NCBI GenBank assembly: GCA_000708835.1
Contig: DF236967.1
Location: 248,001-312,000 of the forward strand
Reading direction: 5' to 3'
DNA: 64,000 nucleotides
Source: Klebsormidium nitens
Lineage: Eukaryota; Plantae; Klebsormidiophyceae
Below are positions 48,401 to 60,400 of this stretch, piece by piece. Numbering within the stretch: the first letter of the stretch is position 1; every line of letters starts with the position of its first letter. A program made the translations under genes and the position numbers. The notes below the pieces were generated by a model, which searched no databases, was not told the origin of the DNA, and was given only the letters and a program-made list of their open reading frames with translations.

Positions 48401-51400
48401 GGGGCGAGCGCTTATGGGTGTGAAAGCTGTGCAGATGGCACGGGGCATCTCCGGGGGCCAGAAGAAGCGCGTCACGACGGGGGAGATGATCGTTGGGCCC
48501 AAGCAAGCGCTGTAAGTCTCAATTAGAAACGGGGGTTGAATTGTTGGGGTTTGTAAGATTGTAAGTCTCTAGTTCAAGGTCGCTACCGCTGATGTTCAGG
48601 ATCCGCTTGACAGTGAGCCCCGTCGTTGCTGCCTTTAAAGGAGAGAAACAAGGTCGCATTGATTGGCCCTCAAATCGCGTCTTTGCACGAGGGGGCTTGC
48701 TCCAGTATATGCCGAGTGTTGCTGGTAAACATTTCTAACAGTGTGTTGCTCCTCAGGTTCATGGACGAGATCTCCACCGGGCTCGACAGCTCGACCACGT
48801 TCCAGATCGTCAAGTGCATGCGCAACTGGGCGCACTACGCTAAGGTACGTTTCTCAGCAGAAGCGAGGCTGCTAAACTCACCTTTCCCAGCGTGCGCAAT
48901 CTCGAAAAGGCCGGGACTTCATACCTATTCCGCTTTCTCCGTCCTTCTTTCCCCCGTTCATACCCGACTTCAATCGCGCGCACCGTCCGGGTTTTCTCAG
49001 ACCACTGACGATCATCCACGTGGCATTCGCATGCAGGGCACGTGCCTGATGGCCCTGCTCCAGCCCGCGCCCGAGACGTTCGAGCTGTTCGACGACATCC
49101 TGCTGCTCAGCGAGGGCTGCGTGGTACGTGCTGCCAGCTCGAAACAACCTCAAATACTGGATAGGGGCTGCTTTTGCTCGCGTGGCCAAAGGAACCGGAA
49201 AGGATGTTCGGGTCGGTTGAGGTAGTACTGGATTCCGTGCGGTTTACAGCTGCTTTCGGTGACTATCAAGGTCCAGAAAATCTGGGGCTGTCCGGGGCTG
49301 TTTACCAGGCCTGTGAAACCTCCCGATCCGCCCCGTCTGAAAGGATGGAGTCAGCGTATTCCGAGTCTGAAAGATCAGAAAACCATCATCTTTTTCTACG
49401 CGGACAGGGTCGCAGGTCGCTCACATTTTTCCATTTTCTCCAGGTGTACCACGGCCCGGTGGGCGAGGTGCTGGCCTTCTTTGAGGCGCAGGGCTTCAAG
49501 TGCCCCGAGCGCAAGGGCGCCGCCGACTTCCTGCAGGAGGTGACGTCACAGAAGGATCAGCAGGTGGGCTGGCCGTGCTGATGCCAAGAATGTGAAATGT
49601 GGGTTTTGGTCTGGGTTTGCTTTCCTATGCTGAGAGGACTGCGGTTGGCGTCCTGCCTCTGGGGTCGAGCATGGTAAGGAATTGTGGGCCGACTGCTGTT
49701 GATCGTTCAAAGGACCTGGAGGAAGTGTGCTCAACTTCCTTTATATGCAATCTAGAGAGACTTTGGCTGCACGTAGGTCCTCCTCTGGGATTGACTAGTT
49801 GACTCAAGCCTGCATGCCACTTTGAGACCGACGGACTCTGGACGAGACACATCGTTTCGTCGATTTGAACTTTCGTCGCCACGTGCTTCACTCGATGCTT
49901 CACTCAATGCTTGAAATTGCTCAATCCTGACAGGCTGGCATCTTTGGAGGATTCTCCGTCTACTGCTAACACAACTGCTTCCGTCCTTCCTGCCCAGCAA
50001 TACTGGTCGCGCGACGGCCCCTACCGTTACGTCCCGGTTTCCGTCTTCGCCGAAGCGTTCAAGCAGTCCAAGCACGGCGAGGCGATCGCCCAAGAGCTGT
50101 CTGTGCCGTTCGATGCCGCCAAGGACCATCCGATGGCCCTGGTTAAAGAAAAGTATGCGCTCTCCACGTGGGCCATGCTGCGGGGGTCGTTCCGCCGTGA
50201 GCTGTTGCTGATGCAGCGGAACATGTTCCTTTACCAGTTCCGGGCTACGCAGGTAAGAGATTGGCTTTGTTTTGGATCAGTTGCCTGGCCGTGTGCATAG
50301 AGCAATCAACACACTTCGCAGCTTTGTTGTTGCGGATGTGTAACGAGGACTGAGCGAGATCTTCTCGAGTCCATGGTAATCACCCGCGGTTATGGTATTG
50401 TCCTTAAATAACCGATACGCAAGGATCCTTTGAGAAGTAATCAGTATCCGCTGATACCTCGGCATCTCAGCCAGTCTGCCACCCTATGCAACTCAGGAGC
50501 AGATAGCTTCAGCACAATTCAGACGCACACTCTACAAGCAGTCTGAGGATAACTCTCAAGAAAGATAATAGTAAGCCAAGATAATAATAAGCTCCGACTA
50601 ACACTAAAAACCCTAACCTTAAATGAAACACCCGCTCCGCACCCGTACCCACCCTAACCACCATACTAACCCTACCCGTCACAGTGCGGTTACCTTACTA
50701 TTATCTGGGCAAACTATTATTTTTCTTGAGTTTCATAGTCTGAGGTGACCCCGGACCTCTCTTTGACCCTTGAAGCCACAATCATTGCAGCTGCTAAGTT
50801 TCCCAACGCTGCCGACACGGCTGCTTTATCTACCGCCTGTTCAAAAGTCTACCTCTCTTCATCCTTCCCTCCCCTCTTTCCCATTCCCCACTCTCTTCCC
50901 CGCCTCTTCTAACCTGCCAATTCAACCCCCTTCTCTGCTCGCAGACGGCCATCCCCTGTCCTATTCCCTCCCCCCCCCCCTTTTCACCTGCCATTTCTTA
51001 CCCCTCTTTCTGCCCACAGACGGCCATCATGGCGTTCGTCTCCGCGACGGTGTTTTTCCGCACCACGCTCGGCGTCGACGTGGACCACGCGGGCATGTAC
51101 CTGGCCTTCATCTTCTTCGGCCTCACGTACATGCTCTTCTCCGGCTTCTCCGAGATGGCCATCACGGTGCGCACTTTCACCGTCTCAACTCGTATTGGCT
51201 TCCTCAGCGTTCCCTCTCATTCCAAGATACGCTTTTGCTCTTGTCATACTCCCGATATGGGAGTCTCTTCCCCTCCCCTTGCGTCACGGGAAACCCCGCT
51301 CATCCGTGGTTTCTCTTTCCTTTCAATCCTTTGTACAGTATCAGAGTACGCGTCCTTCTTTTTCTTGCACTTTTGCTGCTGTAGCTGGTCAGCCCTCGTC

Positions 51401-54400
51401 CGGATCCACAAGAATCTTTTCTATGTCTAGTATCTGCCCGGTCATTTGCGTGTATGCTCTTTCAATCTGACCCAACTCAACACTCCAAGCCTCACATAAA
51501 TTGTGGCCACCATAACCCTTCGCTCCTTTCAGCCCCTGTCTACTGACCCGTTCGCATTCTGGCTCTCAATTCTTGCAACTCTCTGAACCCAGCAAACCCA
51601 ACAGCTGTTTGCATGAACGCTGCACCGTCGAGGCTCGCAGGATGGTCGTTCACACGATCTTGGACCGTGCGATCCCCTCTGGAACCGATCGGACGGTTGA
51701 AGTTTGCGCGCTGGTTGCAAGGTTGACGTAAACGGCTGAACTCAAAAGCGCGAACCCCAAAACTCTCCACCGCTTCAGGTGGGTCGCCTCCCCGTCTTCT
51801 ACAAGCAGCGCGACAACCTGTTCCTCACCGGCTTCGCGCTCAACATGCCCACGTGCCTGCTGCGCATCCCCTTCTCCCTGCTCGAGTCCTTCATCTGGAC
51901 AATCATATCGTATTACGTCGTGGGGCTGGCCCCGCAGGCCGACAGGTGCGCCTCGTCCCCCGCTCTAGTTCGTCTGCGCTGTAGCAGAAGCTGCCGTCCT
52001 TTCCTCCAAAAATCCAGTTGATTTCTGATTGCAGACGTCTATCTCAACAACAATACTTTTGGTCCGAAGAGCGAGTGAGATTAATCCTCCCCGAAAGAAG
52101 GTTCATTTTGAGCTCAGGATAATGCAAAATGTTCCCAAAGTGAACTTAGCAGCGCAGTATCGCATCTTAATGCGTCTCGAAGAATAAGTGCACGTAGCGT
52201 TGATATTGAATCACTTTTCTGGCTGTGAACATATGTGAGGAACATTTCTGTGTCCAAACAGCAGAGCGAGTTTGGATACCCTTCCTTGAAGTAGCAGACG
52301 TCGAGACCCTCTCGACGGGCCGCCCTGTCCTGCCCGTACAACCCTATCTGCCCGCTGAACTCAAGCAAAGTTTCCCACCCGCTTCCACAGCATATACAGG
52401 GAACCATGGAGCAGTCAGCCTCTTTCTCCGTTCCATACCTAGTTTCAGCCTCGCTGCCCGCCCTTACATGAACACCGTAAGCAACTCCCGGCCATACAGC
52501 ATCAAAGAGCCCCCTAAACCCACACATTAAGATCTATAACAGTTGCACACACTTTCTTTTTTCGATCCCGCAGGTTCTTCAGCTTTTGGCTGCTGCTGTT
52601 TTTGGTGCACAGTATGGCCATGTCGCTGTTCCGCCTCATCGGCGCACTCGGGCGCAGCATGGTCATGGCCAATACGTTCGGCTCCTTCGCGCTGATGGTC
52701 ATCTTCCTGCTGGGGGGCTTCATTCTAGCCAAGCGTGAGCCCCCCCCGCAGCGCATCTCATAATTTCCGCTCCCTTGGGTTGATTGTCAGGGTCCGGCTT
52801 TGAAATGATAATCGCATAGCAAGAACATCTTGACACTTGCATCACTTCAAGTCACTCTATACTTCAAATACAATGTCATGACTACTCGAAGAACAGGCTC
52901 TCGAGTACTTTGCTTTTGGATCTGCTCGAATCTGATGGGAGGGGCGGAGATGAGTCTTTGTGGGATCCACTTCGCTGCAAACGTTTTTTTGATTCTCCTT
53001 GTCCCTGTGTGGTCCTTGTTGCGCTTTTACCCCAAATCCGGGAGTGCTGTCGGAGGATGCATCAACGTATTGGCGTCTTAAAAGAGTCTGTTCGCATTGG
53101 TCGTCTTCAAAGACAGACTCTTGACGCAAGTTCCCCTTTCCTTGCAGCCAAGATTCATCCTTGGTGGGTAAGTGTACACTTCTATCTCAGCCCGGCAGCT
53201 CTCTGTTAAGGACTTCGTCAAGAATAACCAACGTATGCGGCTTGTCAGCTCAACGATTCTGACCGGCGACAGGAGCTCTCGGTGCGAAAGGCAAAGGCTT
53301 CGAGAGCGCCACCCGCTTGTGTTTGAACATCTTCGTTTGAAGCGAGTTGAAGCCGGGATGTGAAAAGCTCCGTTAGCCTGTTGCACGTGCCCATGCTGAG
53401 CCCGTTTCTCTTCTCGCTGCTGCAGGTGTGGGGCTACTGGGTGGTGAGTGATCTCCTCTCTTCCCCCAACCGCAATATTCTGTTTGCTTCCGTTGCAAAG
53501 TTGACATTTCAGGCCTTTTAAATCCTTTACAAGCGTTGCGCAGTCGACTCCTCCCCTTGGCCAGTATACGTCAGCCGTCTTACTCTCTTTCCTCTGACAC
53601 GGCCCGCCCTCTCTGACATACAAATTGCGTCCTGACAAAATGGTCCGCTGATTCCCACTTCCTAACTTGCGCTGGTCTCTTCCTTACCCCCCCTTCGTTT
53701 CCCCGCCATTCAGTCCCCCCTCTCGTACGCCCAAAATGCACTGGCCGCCAATGAGTACACGGCCCCCCGGTGGAACGACCCCTACCCCGTGTCGCCCATC
53801 GTGCTATTTGGCCACGAGCAAACCAATCTGACCGTCGGCGACCAATTGCTGCTCAGCCGGGGCCTGCACACGCCGCGGTGGTGGGTCTGGATCGGCGTCG
53901 GCACCATGATCGGCTACTACGTCATCTTGTAAGTGTGAACAGCCGTTTTTTTAGTTCGTTGAATGATGGATCCTTCTGGCTTTTTCGGATGGGTGCGCTT
54001 TGAGTTGCTTGGGGACTCATCTCGCTTGTCTATTGCGCGCGTTGGTTTTACGGATGCCCGCCGTCGAGTATCTATTCTAAGCTGGATGGTCCGGGATTAA
54101 GAACAAGTCAGTGGTACGTTGATCAGAACCTCCACCCGTTTGGGGCCCTTGAGTGCCGTTCTTGAAGATTGCGCGTTTTACTTGCGCTCTCTGTTTTTGC
54201 ATCCTCAACGCCAGGGTACTTCGTACTTCATACTTCGTCCTCTGCAGAAGGGGGGGAGCCTAAGGGTGTAACTTTTGCCGGGCAGTACTATGAAATGCTG
54301 ACGGCTTGGGGGTGTCTTCACCATGCAATTACGTTCTACTGTTCCTGGCGAGGAATCTTGATAACCAATCGGAAGGGGCATCTGTTGTTGCCTAACCCAT

Positions 54401-57400
54401 CTCGAAGCTTCGACGACTTGTCAGTCTTGCATATGCCAGTACTCTGCTGATCACCATCCTCTCTTCCTTCTGCAGCAACCTCATCTGCAACCTGGCCCTC
54501 GATTACTCTTCATGTGAGGCGCCAATCGGGACCCCCCTTTTGCTGCACATGTGTTCAAAGTTGTTCCTCTCATGCCGAGTCGCCGATTTCCTGCGCACTC
54601 TGTGCTTGACTCTTCTGCCTGTGACCGAAGCGCCTTTGCTGATCGCTGCAAAATCAGAAGCCGAGGTCTTCTCTGTTGTTTGCAGCCTTGGATAAAGTAA
54701 GCGCCAACATGCCTGAAGAGGAGCTGAAAGCCAAGGAAGCAGCCGTCACGGGGGGGGTCCTCCCTCCTGCGGATGCGCCCCCCGGCAACGGGACGGCCAA
54801 ACCGCAGCAGAAAACTATCCCCGAAGGTAGGCCGTCTTCGAGAATGGCCTTCAATCCTCATTTAGAGAGTCTGATTCCTTCACTTAGATACAGACCGACG
54901 TTGAAGTTCATGCATTGCCTTCTGAGAGCCAGCACGCCTACGGCGTTACTAATGAGTTGGTCTCGCGAAATGTGAACGCGGGGACAAAATGATGGCCGCC
55001 CTGCTCCAGAAGCTGGATTCACAGCCGTCGGTACATTCCTCTTGGTTGTTAGCGTGTCCGTTCTCCTCCGAAATCTGGGAATCAGTCAGCAGGTCCACGT
55101 CAACGTGGCCAAGGTAGGTGTCTTCTTTTCAAAGTAGAGGCGGTCCGTTCGTCGGTTACCAAATGGTGCTGACGGTCAAGGGACTGGGTTACCGTCGTCT
55201 AAGCAACTGACGTTCGAAGAAGCAACGGCGAAGCCCCTCTGACAGCTCCACAGGAGAGCTTTGCTGCTTTACCGGCGATGCATCTGACTAAACGTTTTGA
55301 ACTTTGACTGCAGGCGACATTGAGATGGGGTCCGTGGAGGGCGAGAGGGCGCAGGCGGCGGCCGCGGCTGACGTCATGCCGCCAGCCAAGAAGAGCCCAT
55401 CCATGCGAAGTGAGTGACCAAAACTTCCCAATGGCAAGTTGGGTTCTGCAGGAAGGAGGGATTCAGTGACTTTATGAAAGTGGATGCACGACTTGCCAAC
55501 TATCTACCGTAAGACGTCGCCTTGCGTTCCAGACCTTCATCTCCATTTCACCGCCTCCAAGATCGGCGCAGGCAAGAGGTTTGAGGGGAACGCTTGTCTC
55601 CTTTGAGAGGGGAACGCTTGTCTCCTTTGAGAGCGGAAATCGTGCCGTTCCGGACGGCTGGTCATGATGCTCAGACACTTGTACGGCTCGGCGGTAAGTC
55701 AGCCCTGAACAGTCCTTCTCAAAGAGTATGTCGTATCAGGTTCGTCGGGGTCCTCAGGTTGACTGCTCGTTGTCCGTTTCGCAGACAGCCTGAGCTTGCG
55801 CAAGCGCCCGAGTCTGCAGCAGCGAGCTTCCTACATCGAGCCCATTGCCGAGAAGGGCATGATCCTGCCCTTCCAGCCGCTCGCGCTCACGTTCGACAAC
55901 ATGTGGTACTCCGTGGACATGCCCAAGGTGCGCCACGTGGCAGCGGCTGAGGGCTCCTGATGTTCGCACCCTTCTGGCCTTCTGCAACCAACTTCTTTTG
56001 GTCTTGATGGTCGCTCAGGAACTGACTGCAGTGAAGAAGTCGACCCGTTCTAAGAGCATGTCAAGAGTCGTTCTCTACTGGTCGACTCAACTTGGGGCTG
56101 GCTTCTGAGAGTTTTTTAGGTCACGACCAGAACTTCCATTGGTGTCGTGGCAGTTTCCTTGCGAACCTTCGGCTGGCTCTCAGACACTTCCCAACTTTTG
56201 TTGAAGCCGGTTTTGCAAGCCACGGCTTTGATGACATCCAAACCTCACATTTCTTCTCGCCTCAAGGTGGGTCCAGAAACTCCATTCCAATTCCAACTCC
56301 TGACGTCCGCTTCCCGCTTTGCTATCCTTTCTCAGGGCATCGACGCGGGCGGCGAGACGAAGCTGAAGCTGCTCAAGGGCATCAGCGGCAGCTTCCGCCC
56401 GGGGGTTCTCACCGCGCTCATGGGCGTGTCCGGCGCCGGCAAGACCACGCTCATGGACGTCCTGGCCGGCAGGAAGACCGGTGAGCGCCGGACGTCCGGA
56501 TGCCTTCTGAAGGTAGCGAAAGTCTCGCGAGAAGGAAAGACCGGAAAGCGAAGTGGGCGGTCTCGAAAGCGGTATTCGCGGTGGCAGTCGCGCGTGTGCC
56601 GGCTTGTGGAGACTTTCACCTGAACACTGGTCAGGACTTTGAGCTTTTTTCGAAAAGAGAGATCTGCTGGGGACCTCCTCGGTTGAGGAAGGCGATCAGT
56701 GCAGTCTGTTTGAGTCACACTGCCGTCTTGTCTCTGTTCCGCCAACCCGGATGGACGGACAAGACCGCCAGCGCACAGACCCTTCCATTGCGGCGTCAGA
56801 CTTCAATGTCGATGTTTTCTATCTTTTTGACTCCGCCCACAATGTGAGAAAGACGTTCACCGCGCTTTCCCTCCAGGGGGGTACATCGACGGTGACATCC
56901 GCGTTGGGGGCTTCCCCAAAGACCAGAAGACCTTCGCTCGCGTGTCCGGTTACGTGGAACAAACCGATATCCACTCCCCCCAAACCACGGTTCGCGAGGC
57001 GCTCCAATACTCCGCCTGGCTGCGCCTTCCCCAGGACGTTGACCCGGCCACTCGCGAGGAGTTTGTGAACCAGGTTATGGACCTGGTTGAGCTAACCGGG
57101 ATCCGTAACGCCCTGGTGGGGCTCCCCGGGTCCACGGGGCTGTCCGTGGAGCAGCGCAAGCGGCTGACGATCGCAGTGGAGCTGGTGGCCAACCCGAGCA
57201 TCATCTTTATGGACGAGCCCACATCAGGTGCCGCCGTTTTTGGGTCAAGACTTTCTTTTTTGCCGGTTGGCGCTTTTGATTCTGCCGCCGTTTGTTGCTC
57301 TCCAGGCTCGTGGAAGTAGAGTGGCGTTTCGGCGCCTGTGGCCCCACCATCATTTTCGGGATGAGCCCATCAAGCACTGCCGAGTCCCTTTTCAATCCAG

Positions 57401-60400
57401 AAGTTTTGAAACCACAGGGTTTGGGGTTCTCAACCGTCCTGACCAGAGTCTGCCGGCTAATTGGATGTGGCATCAGGCGAACCGATGTTGGCAGGCACCA
57501 GTGTTTCCAACGTAGAATCCTTCTTGCTTGTTCCGGCACCCTGTTGGAGATGAGCATGCCAGAGCAGCTTTCCGACAAGTCGTCCGTGTTGAAAAGTGCA
57601 TCCAGTTTCGCAGGCGAAGTGTGTTCAAGCGGCCCGAGCTTTCAAGCGGACGACCTGTCTTACACTTGTTGAGCTGCAAAGCGATCACAACGCCTTTCAA
57701 GGACCTTCTCATCGCCGCGCCCCCCTTTCATCCCCGCTGGCAGTTCGACTTCTGAGAAGCCCTATCCTTGCGATTCTGCCTTTTTTAGCTGGTGCTCTGC
57801 AAAAGCCCGCTCTGACGGTGTTCCCCCCTCTTTTCCCAGGCCTGGACGCGCGCGCGGCGGCGATCGTGATGCGCGCGGTGCGCAACACGGTGAACACGGG
57901 GCGCACGGTCGTGTGCACCATCCACCAGCCGAGCATTGACATTTTCGAGTCGTTCGACGAGCTGCTGCTCCTCAAACGCGGCGGGCGGACCATATACGCG
58001 GGCCCCCTCGGGGAGCACTCCCGAGAGCTTATCGCGTACTTCAAGCAGTATAACGGCGTGCGCGACATCAAGCCCCAGTACAATCCCGCCACGTGGATGC
58101 TCGAGAACACGACGCCGTTCGTCGAGGAGGGCCTCGGCAAAGACTTCGCCGACTTATACGCGGAGAGCGACCGGTTTAAATCGCAGGAAGCGCTGATCAA
58201 GGAGTTGAGCGTGCCCGCCCCGGGCACTCAGCCGCTCGCGTTTGCGGCGCAGTACTCGCAGTCGATGCCGACGCAGTTCCTGGCGGTGCTGTGGAAATTC
58301 AACATCACGTACTGGCGCACGCCCGAGTACAACGCGGTGCGCTTCTTCTTCTGCATCATGGTCGGCATCATCTTCGGGACCATCTTCTGGGACCTGGGCC
58401 TCCAGAGGTGGGTTTTCAAGATAACCCGTTTTCTAACTTTCCTCGAGATTCCAACATGGTGAGCGTCATCTTCGGGACCATCTTCTGGAACCTCGGCCTC
58501 CAGAGGTGGGTTTTCAAGATAACCCGTTTTCTAACTTTCCTCGAAATTCCAACATGGTGAGCATCATCTTCGGGACCATCTTCTAGGACCTGGGCCTCCA
58601 GAGGTGGGTTCCCACGATAATCCGTCTCTTAACCTTTTCGATTTCCAGTTTTTTTTGGTTTGGAACATCAAGCAGTGTTAGCTCAAAAGTGTTGGAACCC
58701 TTTCGTGGGTGGGGACCTAGAGCTCCTAAAGTGAACCACGAGATGGTTTCTTGACGCACTCTCCTTAGAGCTGGAGCCCTCAGATATGGGTCCGCAAGCA
58801 TTCAGTACGTCATCACAGAAAGATTTTCAAAAGCACGGGTCATCAGGAGTGGGTCACCAGGTTTTAGGGTTTTGGGGTTTTAGGGTTTTAGAATAGTGGC
58901 GGATCTTGGCCCTTTCCTTCGGACCCAGGCTTCCATGAAAGATGGGTCAGCAATGGGAGCAGATTCTGACATTTGTTGGGGGGTTTTTATGATCCTGAGA
59001 GGTTCGCTTACTGTAGTAGCCTAGTCCTCTTCTTGCGAGACGTGATTCTCCTGCCGTGGGTTCACAAACCATCAGCTTCTGATTCCCGTTCCTTGTTTGT
59101 CGGGCTGCCCGCTCTCTTGTCGCTTCTGCTTACGTTCGCTGCCCCTGATGAGTGACATCAGCTACTTTCCCACAGGCACACGACCGGTGACTTGCTCAAC
59201 GTGTGCGGTGGGCTATACGCGACGGTGCTGTTTCTGGGCGTCTCCAACGCGTCCACCGTTCAGCCAGTGGTCGCCGTTGAGCGGTCCGTATTCTATCGCG
59301 AGCGCGCTGCGGGCATGTACTCGGCGATCCCCTACACGCTCGCGCAGGTAAACCTTCGACCCTTAACCAGGTGTGTTGCGGCACTAAAAAGCCTGGTTGA
59401 CGGAGCCCGTGACCTCTTAACCAGGTGTGTCGCGGCACAAAGAAGCACTGGTTTAGGAAGCCCTTGCTTATCCAGGTGTGTTGCAGCACAAACTGTCCTG
59501 GTCTAGAAAGCGCCATGCCTCGTAGACATGTATGCTGGCATGAAGAGGATTGTTTCCTAACCAAGTCTGAAAACATGCTAAACATCTCTTTTCGTACTCA
59601 GTAACGTGCTTGCATGGTCGAATCTCGATGATTTTCGAGCATTTTAGGCTGAGTGCGGAGAGCCGGGTCGGATTTTCGTGCCTGCACCTGCCTTGCTATT
59701 CGGGTAAGACATACAGTCACTTCAGGAATCGGGGACCGTGCTGGTCAATTGACCCACAGCCAGGATGCAAGCCTCGTAACTATACCGTTCCGCTGAATGC
59801 AGGAGCTCTGACAGAATACCGATTGAAAGTTTGAACGGACGGATCGCTTTGAAGTCGCGGTTCGAAGGTCGGCGCTCAAGCCGGTTAAGGACGTCCGAAG
59901 AAGCGCTGAGGCATTTGGAACCTGGATTCTGCTTCTCAAACAAGCGAACACCTTTTCTACCAACTTTTCCAATCTGGGCGGAAAACTCGCTCAACAAACT
60001 CAGCGGTGGAAAGCGAACCAGAGCTCATTTCGCAAACCCGCTCTTTTCCGTGCAGGGCGCAATCGAGTTCCCGTACGTGATAGTCCAGTCAATCATCTAC
60101 AGCCTCATCACCTACTCCCTTATCCACTTCGAGTGGACCGCAGGTAACTTCTGATCCACTGTGAAGAACAATACAAAATTCTTCGCTTGTCGCGTCGCTT
60201 ATTTGCTTGGCGCCACCACCCGATTGTCGCCCCAACGTTCCCCGGTTCCCGTGCAGCCGGGTTTTCCCGACGCTTCTTGCTCACACCGTTCCGTCCCGCC
60301 CCCGGGTTCATCACCGTTTGACTCCCTAATTATCGTACCTGTTATCCGCTTTGCCCACTTCCGCAGCCGGTGTCTTGCGATACGGTGCTCTCCAACGTTT

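Noticed and set aside
57709-58227. Long antisense or alternate-frame ORFs over exons (also 7627-8121, 26956-27528, 42254-43104)
   Set aside because: Shadow ORFs of GC3-rich coding exons, with no independent motifs or splice support.
59362-59515. Repeat-spacer-repeat pattern (23-bp repeat, ~30-bp spacers) resembling a CRISPR array
   Set aside because: The spacers are similar to one another (AAA..CTGGT..AGCCC), so it is a decayed tandem repeat. It lies in a spliceosomal intron and no cas genes are present.
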